Positions 25,215 through 39,400 of a DNA stretch of 64,000 nucleotides are shown piece after piece (position 1 is the stretch's first letter; every line of letters starts with the position of its first letter). The DNA is from Vicugna vicugna (taxonomy: Eukaryota). The notes beneath the pieces are model-generated. The model saw nothing but the letters and a program-made list of their open reading frames with translations, was not told where the DNA came from and searched no databases. Location of the stretch: NCBI GenBank assembly GCA_013265495.1, contig MU058531.1, positions 922,678-986,677 on the forward strand, given 5' to 3'. Position numbers and translations under genes: made by a program.

Positions 25215-25970
25215 TGTAACCTAGCAGGACCCTATCGTCATCAGTGACCATATGCTATTTGTAATTTTGTATAATAGTTTAAATGGCTTTGCTCATGCTT
25301 TTGTTGACCAGGGTTAGGCTGGAGAGGAGGGGAAAACTTGGAGGATCCGCCCATCCTCCTCATTTTGCTCCCGACACCTCAGAGACAGCAGTTGGGTGCT
25401 TTGCTCATCTTGTTCATAACTCACCCTAACTGTGCATGTCTGCAGTTCCATTTAGTCCCTTGTGGTTTCTTTGTATTGTTGTCCCAGCCTGCTCAAACAC
25501 TGCAGCAAGAGGTCTCAGGCCTCAGCCTACCTAAAATGCTACAGGCATTTATCAACCCGACTTTAAACTGCACAAGTTTTTCTCTAGAGCAACTTTTCCA
25601 CAGACCCCTTCCCAAAGCACCTTTGTTCGAGGCCCAAGAATACCGGAAGAGTTCCCGAGCCGGAGATGAACATCATCTCCAGCAGAAGAAAGGGGACTGC
25701 TGTAGCTGCAACAACAAGGACGACTTTGCAACCGTCTGTTACCCTGCAGGTGACCTCTGTGGAAACCAGGGCTGCCCCCTGAATGCTTGAACTTTTACTG
25801 TAAACCCCCCTGCCTTCTATCCCCGGCAGGCTCACAGTCTCGGAGGCATTAGCCCACTGTGACCTCTGCTGCATGGCAAAGAAATAAAGCTGCCTTTTCT
25901 ACTTCATCTGAAACTCTGTCCTCCATTCTCAGTTCAGTAAGGGGGATGTGGAAGCCAAGTTTCAGCAACA
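25215..25970 (+). mobile_element. ERV1-class solo LTR, copy 1 (756 bp)
   Basis: TG...CA ends (tgtaacctagcaggaccctat ... gtttcagcaaca), perfect 4-bp TSD GCAC, AATAAA near 25883; similar along its length to 34284-35112. Confidence 0.9.
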
Positions 25971-28019
25971 GCACTGCCAGCATTCCCTCCAAGAGCCCCC
26001 TGCCTGTAATGCTTGTCCGTTCGTTTTTCATACCTTGTAGCTTCTCACATTCCATGTAGTCAATACAGTAAAGATTCAATATCCACCCTCCCCCCATGAC
26101 CACTGCCACTGAAATCAGCCAAGAACAAAATGTCACACCTGATATGGGATGTGACACATCTTTGTGAATTAGCCAGGGTCTGCCACACTCGGATAGTATA
26201 TACCCGCTGATCTCCTTCGTTGTCTTAATGCAGACCAGCTTTTAATTCATGCTAACTTCCCCTTTGCCCTGTAGTGAAAGCTCTTCTTTAAGATCACAGA
26301 GATTTACAAGATAGTTAGGAAATCCTAGGGTTTTGGAATGGAAAATGACCTTTTTGTTTTTTTGTCCGCCCCAGAAATGTCTCATGCAAAAGAAATGTCA
26401 CAGGAACAATCTAGAAAATAAAAACAGCCTGTCTCATCTCTCCAGTTCTAAGGAAGACCACATGGAAGGGCACAGTTCTGAAAAATATGAGGCAAACCCA
26501 ACGTTTTCTCTGTGCTTATTTAGTTCTATATAGGGAATAAATATTTCTCTGTCTCTGTTATCAAGGATTTATAATGCAAAAGAGACTCAGGAAACACAGA
26601 AAACATATTCAGCAAGACGTTCTGCCAAACGCTTAGCAGTTTTCAGCTTTCCAAATCTGTTTTCTCCTCTGTATTTAATGGTCTCTGCTTCTATTTGGGG
26701 GAGGATTCACAGAGCACTTGGGAAGTCCAGACAGGTAAAAGCTAGCCATTTCGTTGGGCTTTTTACTTCATTGATGTATATAAAAGATACACTCCTGCAA
26801 CACGAAAAGGAAAGGTACAGAGAAACCCGCACTTACCAACATGTTCTTTTCTGAAAGTCTGTTACTTCATAGGTTGGAATTTTAAAAATAATTATCTTTG
26901 TGCTAGAAATACCCTCACATGTTATGCTTAAATTATCCCACAAAAGTGGCAAATCAGGCTTTCACAGTGAAAATTAGAATCAATGCAACACTCACAACAA
27001 GGCAGAACTGAAATATAGTTAAAAAAAAAGAAAAAAAAAGAATAAGCCAGATTTGCGTATTCATGAAGAATATTAATTCATTTCTTCAGCAAATATCAAT
27101 AGAGCCCTTTTTATATGCCAGATGCTGTTTTAAATGTGGAGGATATGGCAATGAATAAAAGAGACACAAATCTTGAATGCAGGCACACAGGGAAATCCTG
27201 CAGGGGTGAACAGGAGGACTGAGCCCCTTGAAGATGGTGAAGGGACTCCTGATCCCTTCCAAGGATGCAGGTGTCAGTGGTACCAGTACTCCGTTTCACT
27301 TCCACCTTCCCTTGTCCTTGATAAAGTTGACCCACAAGCACTATCTCTAGGTTTGTCAGCTGCAATTACGGTTATGTTTTGGCTCTCAAAGAGAATGAAA
27401 GTGGAGAAAGAGGGAGGTTTTCCTGAGAACTCAAGAGTAAGAGTTGAAAAGGAAGGGAAAAGAGAAAGGAAGTAGGGAGGAGGGAGCATGGGAGAAAGAG
27501 GGGAAAGAGAGCGGAGGAGGGAAGTGTGGAGCAGACTTTGCCTTTTGTGTAACTGTCTGAAATTATGTGAGTTTTAAGCTATGGGGAAAATCATTTTAAG
27601 GGGACAAAAAAAAAAGGTAGATAAGGAAACCCCTGAAGACACAAGTCAGAACAGACTGGAAGCTCACAATCTAACTGATCCCTGCCCTGGGGCTGAAGGC
27701 AACTGTTCCACTAAAAGTCTCCCTCTCTTTGGTTGGTTCCGGAGCTCTCTGCAACTCTTTCCTGCTGGGATGCCTTTGCAAGCATCTCTTTTTGGAACTA
27801 GTCCTTGCTCTCTATCATCTCCTATGGATGGAGGCTTTTGGCTCCTTCCCAAATCCCCCAAGCAGCCTTTGCCAGGACTTGGACTTTGATTACCTTCTCC
27901 CTTTGCTGGTAGCCACAGTCATAAGCTGCTTGTTCCCAAGCCTGGATCTGGCTTCCAGGATACTAGACCAACCCAGGTTTTGAGGTCCAACAAGAGGTTA
28001 GTTCATATAGTTTCCTAGG

Positions 28020-28037
28020 TGGCCACCAGATGGCATT
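28020..28037 (+). promoter_or_regulatory. Candidate CTCF motif
   Basis: TGGCCACCAGATGGCATT is close to the CTCF core CCASYAGRKGGCRS. Motif match only. Confidence 0.45.
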
Positions 28038-28599
28038 ATCAGACCATCTTACACCTGCTTACTGGGAGGTTGGGATGGTGGGTTGTTAGAGCAATAGGTG
28101 TTTGCTAGAAGGAGAAGGAAGTAGGATTACTCACAACGAGAAAAGAAATTATATTGTATTTGTAAGGCTATACCAGAAATAGCAAGGCTGGAACTCACAA
28201 CCTAGTAAACACCTATTCTTGAGGAAGTCAATTCAGTTTTCCCTTCCAACCTTCACATTTTCAATACTTAAACAAGGACTTACATCTTCAGGCTTAATTA
28301 TACCTAGCCTTTCTCCTGCTCATATAAATAATATTGACCCCACAAAGATTAATCCTGAGAGACTGAGTACCAAAGGACATCTCAGAATATTAAATAATCT
28401 CATAAGAACAGCATGCTTATTCATTCTAATATATTTAGTCTGACTTATATTACATTTCAGTGATGAGAATTGGCCCATACTCAGTCCTTCCTGGATATAC
28501 AAATTATATTCCATGAACTTGCCTATTTTAGGCTCCATTCTCTAATGGCCTCAAGTCATATCCCACAGTAAAGAAGTTATATTTTCTTCTTCAGTTTCC

Positions 28600-30340
28600 T
28601 GGCAAGACTTTTGAAGGGTAAAGTCAACTGAAAAGATGATTAGGAAAAAAAATATGAGTGCTCATTAAAGTGTCTGGAAATAAAATAAATAAACAAAAGT
28701 CAACAGCTTTTCAAAAAAACAATTAACAATCATAAAATTCCATGGAAGGAAATAATTCCATCCACAACAACAATCAAAAAATAAAATATCTAGAAAAATC
28801 TCTTTAAATGGCCAGGGCTTATATGAAGAAAACATAAAATGCTACTGAGAGACCTAAGAGAATGTTTGAATCCATGAGAAAAAAAATTTTTTTTATATAA
28901 GGAAACCCAGTATTATAAAAGTGGCAATTTTCCCTTAATTAATCTAAAAAACATTATATAACTTTAGTTGAAAACCCTAGTGTTTCTTCTGATAGATTTT
29001 TAAGTTCATCAAGTAAATATGCAAAATAGACAAAATGTGAAAAAAGAAGGGATACTTATTCTATTGAAAAATAGTACAAAGCCACCGAAATAAAAACTCA
29101 GTAATAATTATTCAGAAATGGACAGATCAATAGGGAAAAAAAAAGATCCTAGAAGTACATTCAAAGATATAAAGGAATTTAATATCAGAAAGTAGGTCAC
29201 TTTAAATCAGGGTAAAAGATTAGATATTCATAAAGTCTGACAACTAGCTAGCAACTGGGGTAAAAATAAGCCTGGCCTATCTTTATCCTTATTCAAAAAT
29301 AAATCCCAGATGATCAAAGATTATCATGTAAAAAAATTAAACTAAGACTACTATGAGGAAATACAGGTATTTCTGCAGTTCTGCCAAAGGTCATTATTAA
29401 CCATGATACAAAAGCTTGAAACTATAAAATGATATTTTGACAAGTGTTTGACAAAAATTTGATACACACAAAAGAAATGATATTAGTTTAATTTAAAAGT
29501 CACTATGTACAGAGTTAAAAGTCAAATGTCAAACTTTAAGTCCAAAAGCAATAGCCCACTATTCACAGATCTCTTACAGGTTAGTGAGAAAAAGACAACT
29601 ATCTCAATAAAAGTAGAAGCAATTAAACAACGAAAAAATAAAAATACCCAATAAGCAATTGGAAATATATACAACTTCATTAATAATTAAATAGTTGTAA
29701 TTTTAAAAATAATGACAGAATTTTGGGCCATTTGTCAACTTTTAAGAAAGACAAAATTCAATATTGGGGAAGTGTGAAAAAACAAGTGCTCTATCATTTT
29801 ACTAGCGGGAGTTTCAACTGAGTTAACAGTTTCAGAGGGCAGTTTGGTAATTAATACACATCAGCATTTGCCTTTTGGCTCAGTAATCAGACTTCCAGGA
29901 ATCTGTCTTAAGAATATAGTTGTACAAGTACAAAATGATTAATGTGCAAGGATGTTAACTAAACACATAATAGAGATGAAAAAAGATGCAATCTAAATAT
30001 CAATAGATTACAGTGTGTGTAAATCATGTACACATTGAAAGTTACGATGTACATATCTGTTTACTGATATCCAAACAACCAAAAAGCGGATAGAAAACAA
30101 TGACTAGTCCTAAAGGACAAGTAACAGCATATGATATATTATTTTAATCTGTTTATGTAAAGTTATGTATTTGTATGAGTATGTATGTGGGTGTGTATAC
30201 TGAGATGTCTAGAAGAATATCTACCAAAATATTAACAGCAATTTTATCTGAGTTGCAGAGATTCGAAAAATCTGGTTTTAAAAAAACTAGAAAAATCTAG
30301 TTTTTAAAAAAATTAGCATAAAAGAGAACTATTAAAATGT
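28600..30340 (+). mobile_element. Highly degraded L1ME-type ORF2/3' fragments
   Basis: A-rich sequence with residual L1 motifs (aaaaataaatcccagatgatcaaaga, aaaaagacaactatctcaataaaa, ttactagcgggagtttcaactg, aatctaaatatcaata). Confidence 0.65.
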
Positions 30341-31662
30341 ATGTTAAAGGGGGGGGCATTTTAATTCTAAGAACAAAATAAAAGCTTTAAGCAGATTTTG
30401 TGATTCCTAAGTCACATAAGTGATTCTGCCAACAGAGATGATCTGGTTCATAAAATCTTTAAAAAGCTGACAATTAAATCTTAGGTTGTTTTATTTGATT
30501 GGCTTTTCAAAGGTGTTTTATTACATTCATAAGTTCACACAAAGAAAACAGAACTCACTGGCATTTAAAATCCCATAATTACTATATAAAGTAATATTGC
30601 TATTCATGGCAGTGTTTGTCCAAATTATAAATTCATTCTCTCCAATCTTGTATAGTATAAATCTTACCTTTGAGGAAGAGGGGGAGAAAAAAGCAACCTA
30701 GATTGATTCTAAATATTCCCCAATATGCATGGTTAACATTTATCACACTAACATTTTCTGCGCACTGTTAATCAGAAAGTGAGGTGCTTATAAAGCCTTC
30801 AGAATTTAACTTTAAAATGCATACAAATGTGAAAGTACAGTAAATCTCAGAGACAAAGGCACCAAAGTATTATATAATTGAGAAATGAATGCAACTCACA
30901 TTAGGGGTTCCATTAAAGTAGGGGTTTAGAGCAAAAGAGGATTAGGGAGTTACAATCCACATGGGGAGGTATTAGAAAGCAAATTAACTCTGCTGCCTAT
31001 CTTCCATTCTAACTGTACAGAAATTATAGCTAATGGTTCTTTAATTAAATGGCTTCTCCTGAATTATGCTGCTATAGAATAATAATTTAGACGGTAAAGG
31101 AAACCAGGTAGAATTACTCTGAAACAGTGTTTTTTGGAATGTCAAGCTTGAAAAAGGTTGGCACACTTAGAATATCTCTTCCACAAGACCTGTTCCCTTC
31201 CAGTAGGTGAAATCCACTGCAATCTCCAACCTACAATAGTGGTTCCCCAAACTGTCAGATTATCAGAATCACCAAGAAGCTTCTGAAACATACAGACTTC
31301 CAGGCCACCATCCACAGATTCTCTTTCAAGGTCTAGAGACTCAGGGCTCTGTATTTAGGATGATTCTGGGTCTTTGGCCCATGAACTCTTAGAGTAACTC
31401 TCCCTCATTCAACTACAAAGACTTTACACTTACTGTATGAAGGACTTGACTTTTATTTTATATATTTCATCTTAATGGTGGGCTTCCAGGTTGGCCTAAC
31501 AAAATCGCCATGACTCATATGTCCATGATCTCAGCTATTAGCTCTATCTCCCAGGACTGTGCTAAATGTAAATGGAGTAAGCATGTCTTAAACAAGTTGT
31601 TGATTTTTTTAAATGCATAATGCACAAAAGGGTTTTGTAAACCTTTCTGACAATAAGAAATA

Positions 31663-32155
31663 AGAATAAATATTTTTCACAATAAAAAAATATATTTTCC
31701 ACAGTCACTCAGTACAAACATATATATTTATATATATAAATAAGAAATTGATGCAGACATACATGTGTACATCTAAGACGGCATATAGATGTAGATATAA
31801 ATGCATATATTTATGTATATGAAATTGAAACAAAAGTGTTACAATACCATACTTACCATTATAACTTGCAATTCACTCTCTTCTACTGAATGCTATTCCA
31901 CTTCAGATTAGAATAAGTATTTTTCACAATAAAAAATATATTTTCCACAGTCACTCAGTACAAATATATATATTTATATATATAAATAAGAAATTGATGC
32001 AGACATACATGTGTACATCTAAGACGGCATATAGATGTAGATATAAATGCATATATTTATGTATATGAAATTGAAACAAAAGTGTTACAATACCATACTT
32101 ACCATTATAACTTGCAATTCACTCTCTTCTACTGAATGCTATTCCACTTCAGATT
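31663..32155. repeat. Tandem duplication, 2 x about 247 bp
   Basis: Units 31663-31909 and 31910-32155 differ at only three positions I could see (two substitutions and a 1-bp indel in an A-run). Confidence 0.95.
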
Positions 32156-32239
32156 TTTTAAATGCTGGTCTTAATGCACTAAACTGATTTCATGACCCTA
32201 TAATGGATCATAACCCAATGTTTGAAAATTACTGGCCTT

Positions 32240-33060
32240 CAATAAACACACAAAAAGGTGTTAAACATCATGATTCATAAGGAAAATGAAAATTAAAAGC
32301 ACACTGAGATACACCAACATACATCAGAATGGTTAAAATTAAAAATTATAATGATGATGACAATAATAATAAAAAATTATAACGCCAAGAGTTTTATGAA
32401 GATTTGGAGCAACTGTAACTGTCATGCACTGCTGGTGGGAGTGTAAATTGATGTAGTAACTTTGGGAAGCCATTTCTTAACATCTACTAAAGCTACTAAA
32501 CACCAACTAAAGCTAATATGTGTGTGTATGTGCATATAAACGTATGTATTTTCTATAACCAAGCAATTCTTCTAAGTATATAATGAAAATTCATCAAAAT
32601 GCATATAAAGGAATGTTCAAAGCAGTACTAATGGTAATAACCCCAAATAAAACCAATCCATTCCAAGAACAAAGTAAGCACAATTCTACAATAGTAGAAT
32701 GGGTACATAAATTGTGGTATATTTACACAATGAATTCTATAAAACAACAAGAATGAACCAACTACTGCTTAATGCATCAACATGGATGATTCTCACAAAC
32801 ATAACACTGAGCTAAAGAAGGCAAAATCAAAAGAGAACATGATGTCCCAAAACAGGCAAAACTAACACATTGTAGTATAAGGCAGAATAGTTGTTACCTT
32901 AAGGGGAGAGAGGATGTTCTGGAAATGTTCTCTTTTTCAATCTGGATGTGTACATAGCTATGTTCATTTTGTAGAAATTAAGTGAGATGTACAGTTATGA
33001 TTTGTGCAATCTTTGGAATGTATACAAATAAGGTTAATTTTTAAAATTAAAATTTTTAAA
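32240..33060 (+). mobile_element. Old L1MD/ME-like 3' fragment
   Basis: gcactgctggtgggagtgtaaattg, gggtacataaattgtggtatatttacacaatgaa, aacatggatgattctcacaaacataa. Confidence 0.75.
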
Positions 33061-33406
33061 ACACAATGGACTTACCATTTGTCATTAAACTAGATGTTGA
33101 CCTGTTCTCTAAAACTATTTTTAAAATGGGGCTCCACTATGCTTTAAAACCATTTTCATCAGTGTGTCCAAGATGTAATTATAGTCAGAATAAGTAAATG
33201 ATCTAAATTCCTCATTCTGAAGTAAGTACTGAGAAAGAGAAGTGGGCGGTGGGGGGGGGGCAACAAAATTCAACAAAATTTGGAAACTGAATAACAAAAG
33301 CTTCTTCTTTGAAAAAGTAAATCATAAAACAAGAAATGAGAGTTTCCCTTTAGGGAGAAAACTGGACTTAATTAAAGTAAAGCAAATCACTTAAATATAA
33401 AAGTGT

Positions 33407-33953
33407 AAGCAGCATTATATACAATAGCCAAGATAAGGAAGCAACCTAAATGTCCATCAACAGATGACTGAATAAAGAAGCCATGATATATGTATACAAT
33501 AGAATACTACTCAGCCATAAAAAAGAATAAAATAATGCCATTTGCAAGATGGTCATTCTAAGTTAAGTAAACCAGAAATAGAAAGAAAAATACATATGAT
33601 ATCACTCATATGTGGAATCTAAAAAAAGAAAAAGAAAAAAGAGGCCACTGATGAACTCATCTACAAAACAGAAATAGACTTGCAGACATAGTAAACAATC
33701 TTAAGGTTACCAGGGGAAAGTGGGTGGGAAGAGATAAATTTGGGAGCTTGAGGTTTGCAAATGTTAGCCACTATATATAAAAATAGATTAAAAAAACCAA
33801 ATTTCTTCTGTATAGCACATGGAACTATATTCAGTATTTTATAATAACCTTTTATGAAAATGAATATAAGTATGTACATGCATGACTAAGACATTGTGCT
33901 GTACACCAGAAATCAACACATTATAACTTAATATACATCAATTTTAAAAAAAA
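33407..33953 (+). mobile_element. Young L1 3' end
   Basis: gcagcattatatacaatagccaaga...gcaacctaaatgtccatcaacagatgac...gtgctgtacaccagaaatcaacacattataac followed by an A-tail. Confidence 0.9.
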
Positions 33954-34283
33954 GATTAAAATCTTGCACAGACCAAGAAAAATTAAAAATAAAAAAAAGT
34001 AAGAAGCAATGTTAAAAATATCTTTTATTTAATCTATTTATAAGGCAATCACTAATTACTATATTCAATACTAAAATAAATTGGAAAAATATGTAAAATA
34101 TGACAAAAAACTTTTGAGCTTTAATAAATTATATTTTAAAAGATTGGAATAAACAAGAAGATAAACCATACTCCTGGGTAGAAAAACACACAATTAGAAA
34201 AAGTATAATCTTCAAATTAATTAATTCATTAAACACATACGTTAAAATACAAAAAATAAAAATAAAAAATAAAAAAATAAAAG

Positions 34284-35112
34284 CTTAACTGAGCAGGACC
34301 CTATTGTCATCGGTGACCATCTGATACCTGTAATCATGTTTGTAATTGTTTAAGTGCATAAAGGTTTAAAGGGCTTTTCTCATGCTCTTGCTGACTAGGG
34401 TGGGCTGGAGAGGAGGGAGGCTTGGGTGGTCTGCCCAACCCCCTTGCGGTGCTGCATGCAGGGATCATGCTCAGTACCCTGCTCTTGCCCCAAGTCCCCG
34501 CCTCTTGACCCCAACACCTCAGAAACAGCAGTTGGGTGTTTTGTGCATCTTATTGTTTATAACTCACCCCAACTGCTTATGACTGCAGTTATTTTTGGCC
34601 CCTTGTGGTTTCCTCATATCCTGCTGTTAGAGCTGTAGGTCTCAGCCTGCAGCAGGAGGTCCCAGGCTTCACCCTGCTTAAAAGGCTAAGAGCATTTATC
34701 AGCCTGATCTTAAACTATACTTTCTCTCTAGCACTCTCTTCCACACACCACTTCCTATGCATCCTTTATTCTGGACAGAAGAATATTAAGAGTCTGAAAG
34801 GTGGAGGTGAACTACATGACCAGCAGAAGGAAGGGGACCACTATATCCGCAAAGACAAGAACAACTTTGCAGCAACTTGTTAACCTGTATATGATCTCTA
34901 CGGAAACTAGCTCTGTCCCTTGAACTCTTAAACTTTTACTAAAAAACTCCCTGCTTTTTCTCCCTAGCAGGATCACAGTCTCAGGAGGCATTAGCCCACC
35001 ATGACCTCCTTTGCCTGGCAAAGAAATAAGGCTGTCTTTTCTACTTCATCCAAAACTCTGCCCTCAAATCTCAATTCGGTAAGCAGGGTATGGAGGCTGT
35101 GTTTTGGCAAGA
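34284..35112 (+). mobile_element. ERV1-class solo LTR, copy 2 (about 830 bp)
   Basis: Colinear with 25215-25970 (gcaggaccctattgtcatcggtgacca ... ggaggcattagcccac ... gttttggcaaga). Ends are degenerate; flanks aagc/aagt. Confidence 0.85.
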
Positions 35113-35129
35113 AAGTACTTTTAAAATAT

Positions 35130-35512
35130 TCATATATTGTTGCTACATAATTAATGACCACAATTTAGTGACTTAAAATAATACCAATTCTGCAGGTGTT
35201 CTCACAGTTCTGTAGGTCAAAAGTCTGGACACAGCACAACTGGGTTCTCTACTCAGGGTCTCACCAGGCTGAAAGCAAGGTTGTGGCTGGGGCTGAGATG
35301 TCATGAGGCTCAGAGTACTACACAACTCACAGAGGTGGCATCTTCAAGCACAGTATCAGAGCATCTGGTGCAGCTCTCCACCTCTCTGATCTTTAGCCCC
35401 TCTTTGAAAAGGGCTCACCTGATTAGATCAGGCCGATTGACATTCAAGGGGAAGGAATTATACAGGGCATGTACACCCAGAAAGGGGGCCATCTTAGAAC
35501 CTTGCTACCACA
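35130..35512 (-). mobile_element. MLT1 (MaLR) LTR
   Basis: tattgttgctacataa...ccacaatttagtgacttaaaa...ctcacagttctgtaggtcaaaagtctg...ggccatcttagaaccttgctaccaca. Confidence 0.8.
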
Positions 35513-36499
35513 GATACTTGGTGATAACAAAAGCCAAGGATACAGAAAATTTCCCACCAAAGGAGCTCAACAAAGACCTATTTGCTACCTACTAAAGTTG
35601 AGACAAGCCTTCCAGTAAGACTAATCTTGTCTGCACTTTATCATAAGGCAATGGTTTTCTGCTGGATTCTTCTGTCATTCAATGCAAAAACATAAGTGTT
35701 CTCTTACTATCAACTTAGTTATTTATCCACCTACTATGTAAAACTCTTATGTCTATTAAACACTTTCAAAGGATTTTTTTAAGATAATTACAGAAAGTAA
35801 GGAAAATGAACAATGGAGGAGATCAATAGTGACCCCTCCATTATACTTGGTGTTAATCACTCCAATTGTATCTGAACTTATAACAGATTCTGAATTTTCC
35901 CACCAAAGAATTTTATTCTTCAGGGAAAGAGAGAAATGGAAAGGCAAAAGGTGACTCCCCAAATTTACCAACAACAAGAAAACAAAGGAATGGCATAAAA
36001 CCTTGGCTAAAAAGTTCAAAGATTCCAGGAAGGGAAAATGTGTATATTTTCTGTTGTATGGTTGTACTTAGTGGCTTCTAATCACATCTCACCCAAGAAG
36101 CAGTACTGAAGAAAGAGGGTAAGTGATAAAATCCTTAATATTCGGACTCACACCGTCCTATTTGGAGAGAAGCAAACTGAGGTGGTAAGAAGCCAATCTA
36201 AAGAAAAGTAATGAAAAACCATCAAGAACAGAAGCCCCAACATATTATTTCAGCCAAGGTATGAAGACCCACCAGAATTTATCTTTCAGGACACTGTGCT
36301 GAACTGAACACCAGGGTCCAGAAGGGGTAGGCCTTAGCTTAGTGGAAAGTGTTCTGGTATAGGACACTGAATAAGAATTCAGAATAAAGAACAGTCCTCC
36401 ATTAAAGGCTACACTCAGCTGTAGTGACGTCTACTCCCTTCCCTTCCCCCAGCCCTCCACTTTCAGGTTACGGAGAAGTGGACACAGTAAATAGTAGCC

Positions 36500-39400
36500 T
36501 AAAGGATAAAATTAACTGATATCAAATAGGGCTGAATATCAAGGAGAATTCAACCACATCATGTCAGAACAAACAGTAAGCTTTAAATAACCCATGAATG
36601 GGCAAGATGGGGAAAAAAATGTTACCACAACTACACAAACCTGCTACAAAAACAACCACAGTGAAAGAAGAAAGCAACAGAACATGCACTGGACTGTTGA
36701 AGACCCAAGTTCAAGAAGAAAACATAACTCTCAGACAAGAAGCAGCTTTCTTACAGATAATTTTCAAGGTGAAGGACCTTAACAAGTATATGTCATTAAT
36801 GAAGCAGAGGCTCAAAGATGAGATGTTAAAACAGTAGAACAAGATTTAAAAAAGGGACAGTAGAGTTAAGGAAATAAATTGAGGCCAAAACACCACCAGT
36901 GCAGATCTAATAGATACATTAGAAGCAGCTGGGAATAGAACAGACACACATGAAAAGCAAATCAATGGCACAAAGTAAAGGCTTAACGTAATAATAAAAA
37001 AAAGAGGGAAAAACTTACTCAAGCGACTGAATAAGATTGCAGACATACAAAAATAACACAAAGTGCTGCCAAAGGAAAGAAAGAATACAACAAATGTAAA
37101 CAACAAAATGTAAATAGAGGTGCAACATGTAAAATGCATACAGAGATATAATACAGAATATATTCCTTAAATCAATAAAAGAGCTGAACATTATGATCAA
37201 GGGACACATAACACAGCTGGAAAAAGTGACAGAATTATTATCAAGAAGACCTATCCAGGCAAAGTCTTTGAACTTCAAGACATGGAAAGATGTATGCAGG
37301 CATCTGAAATGAAAAAAGGAATCAATTTTAAAATTTCATCAAAAAAATACTTAGGAATAAACCTGGCCAAGGAAATAAAAGACTATATACAGAAAACTAT
37401 AACGTAACGATAAAGGAAATTAAAGATGATTTAAAGAAATGGAAAGACATTCCATGCTCTTGGATTGGAAGAATTAATATTGTTAAAATGGCCATACTAC
37501 CCAAAGCAATCTACAGATTTAATGTGATCCTTATCAAATTGCCCAGAATATTTTTCACAGAACTAGAACAAGTAATCCTAAAATTTATATGGAATCACAA
37601 AACACCCAGAATTGCCAAGGCATTCCTGAAGAAAAAGAACAAAGCTAAAGGAATAACCCTCCCAGACTTCAGACAGTACTACAGACCTACAATAATCAAA
37701 ACAGAATGGTATTGGCACAAAATAGGACATGTGGGTCAATGGAACAGAATAGAGAGCCCAGAAATAAACCTACACACTTACAGGTAATTAATCTTTGACA
37801 AAGGGGGCAAGAATATACAATGGAGAAAATACAATCTCTTCAGTAAGTACTATTGGGAAAACTGGACAGCCACATATAAATCAATGAAGTTACAACACTC
37901 CCTCACACCACACACAAAACTAAACTCAAAATGGCTTAAAGACTTAAATATAAGACAAGACACTATAAACCTCTTAGAAGAAAAACATAGACAAAACATT
38001 TTCTGACATAAATCTTAGCAAGGTTTTCCTAGGGCATTCTACCCAGGCAATAGAAATAAAAGCAAAAATTACCAAATGGAACCTAATTAAACTTATAAAC
38101 TTTTGCACAATAAATAAAACTATTAACAAAACAAAAAGACAACCTATAGAATGGGAAAAAATACCTGCAGATGATGCAACTGACAGGGGCTTAATTTCCA
38201 GAATATACAAACAGCCCATACAACTTAATAACAGTGACATACACACAAAAACAACCCAATCAAAAAATGGACAAAGGAAACATTTCTCCAATGAAGACCT
38301 ACAAATGGCCCTTAGGCACATGAAAAAATGCTCAATATCACTAATTATCAGAGAAATGCAAATCAAAACTACAATGAGGTATTACCTCACACATGTCAGA
38401 ATGGCCATCATTAAAAAGACTACAAATAATAAAAGTTGGAGAGGGTGTGGAGAAATAAGAAACCTCCTACACTGTTGGTGGGAATGTAGTTTGGTGTAGC
38501 CATTGTGGAAAACAGTATGGATATTCCCTAAAAAACTAAAAATACACTTATCCTATGATCTAGCAATCCCACTCCTGGGCATATATCTGGACAGAACTCT
38601 AATTCAAAATGATACACACACCCCAATGTTCATAGCAGTACTATATACAATAGCCAAGACATGGAAGCAACCTAAATGTCCACTGATAGATAAATGGATA
38701 AAGAAGTTGTGGTATATACATATACATACAATGGAATACTACTCAGCAATAAAAAAAGAATGAAATAATGCCATGTGCAGCAACATGGATAGATGTGGAG
38801 ATTGTCATACTAAGTGAAGTAGGCCAGAAAAAGAAAAATACCATGTGATAGCATTTATATGTGGAATCTAAAAAAAGACACATATGATCTTATTTACAAA
38901 ACAGAAACAGACTCACAGACGTAGAAAAACTTATGGTTACCAGGGGGAAAATGGAAGGAGGGATAAATTGGGAGTTTGGAATTTGGAGATAACTACCTAC
39001 AATATATAAAATAGATAAACAATAAGGTCTTACTGTATAGCAAAGGGAACTATATTCAATACCTTGTAATAATCTGTAATGAAAAAGAATATGAAAAGAA
39101 AAAATCACACACACATATATATACACATATATATTATATATATATACACATAAAACTGAATCACTATGCTGTACACCAAAAATCAGTGCAACATTGTAAA
39201 TCAACTACACTTCAATTAAAAAAAAAAGAAATCAAGAAGTAAGGGGAAAAAAAATCAAACTGATTCTCAACAGCATCATTCCATAACAGAACATACTACA
39301 AAAATGTCTGGAAAGATGTAAGGGCGCAATAAAATTATACCTGCTATTTAAGATCATGAAGTCGACAAGCAGACATTCTCAAACATGAAAGAATGTGGAG

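Noticed and set aside
25215..35112. Two same-orientation LTRs 9 kb apart read as a full provirus
   Set aside because: Copy 1 has its own TSD on both sides, the copies are clearly diverged, and the intervening DNA is host sequence and old L1 with no PBS or gag/pol/env.
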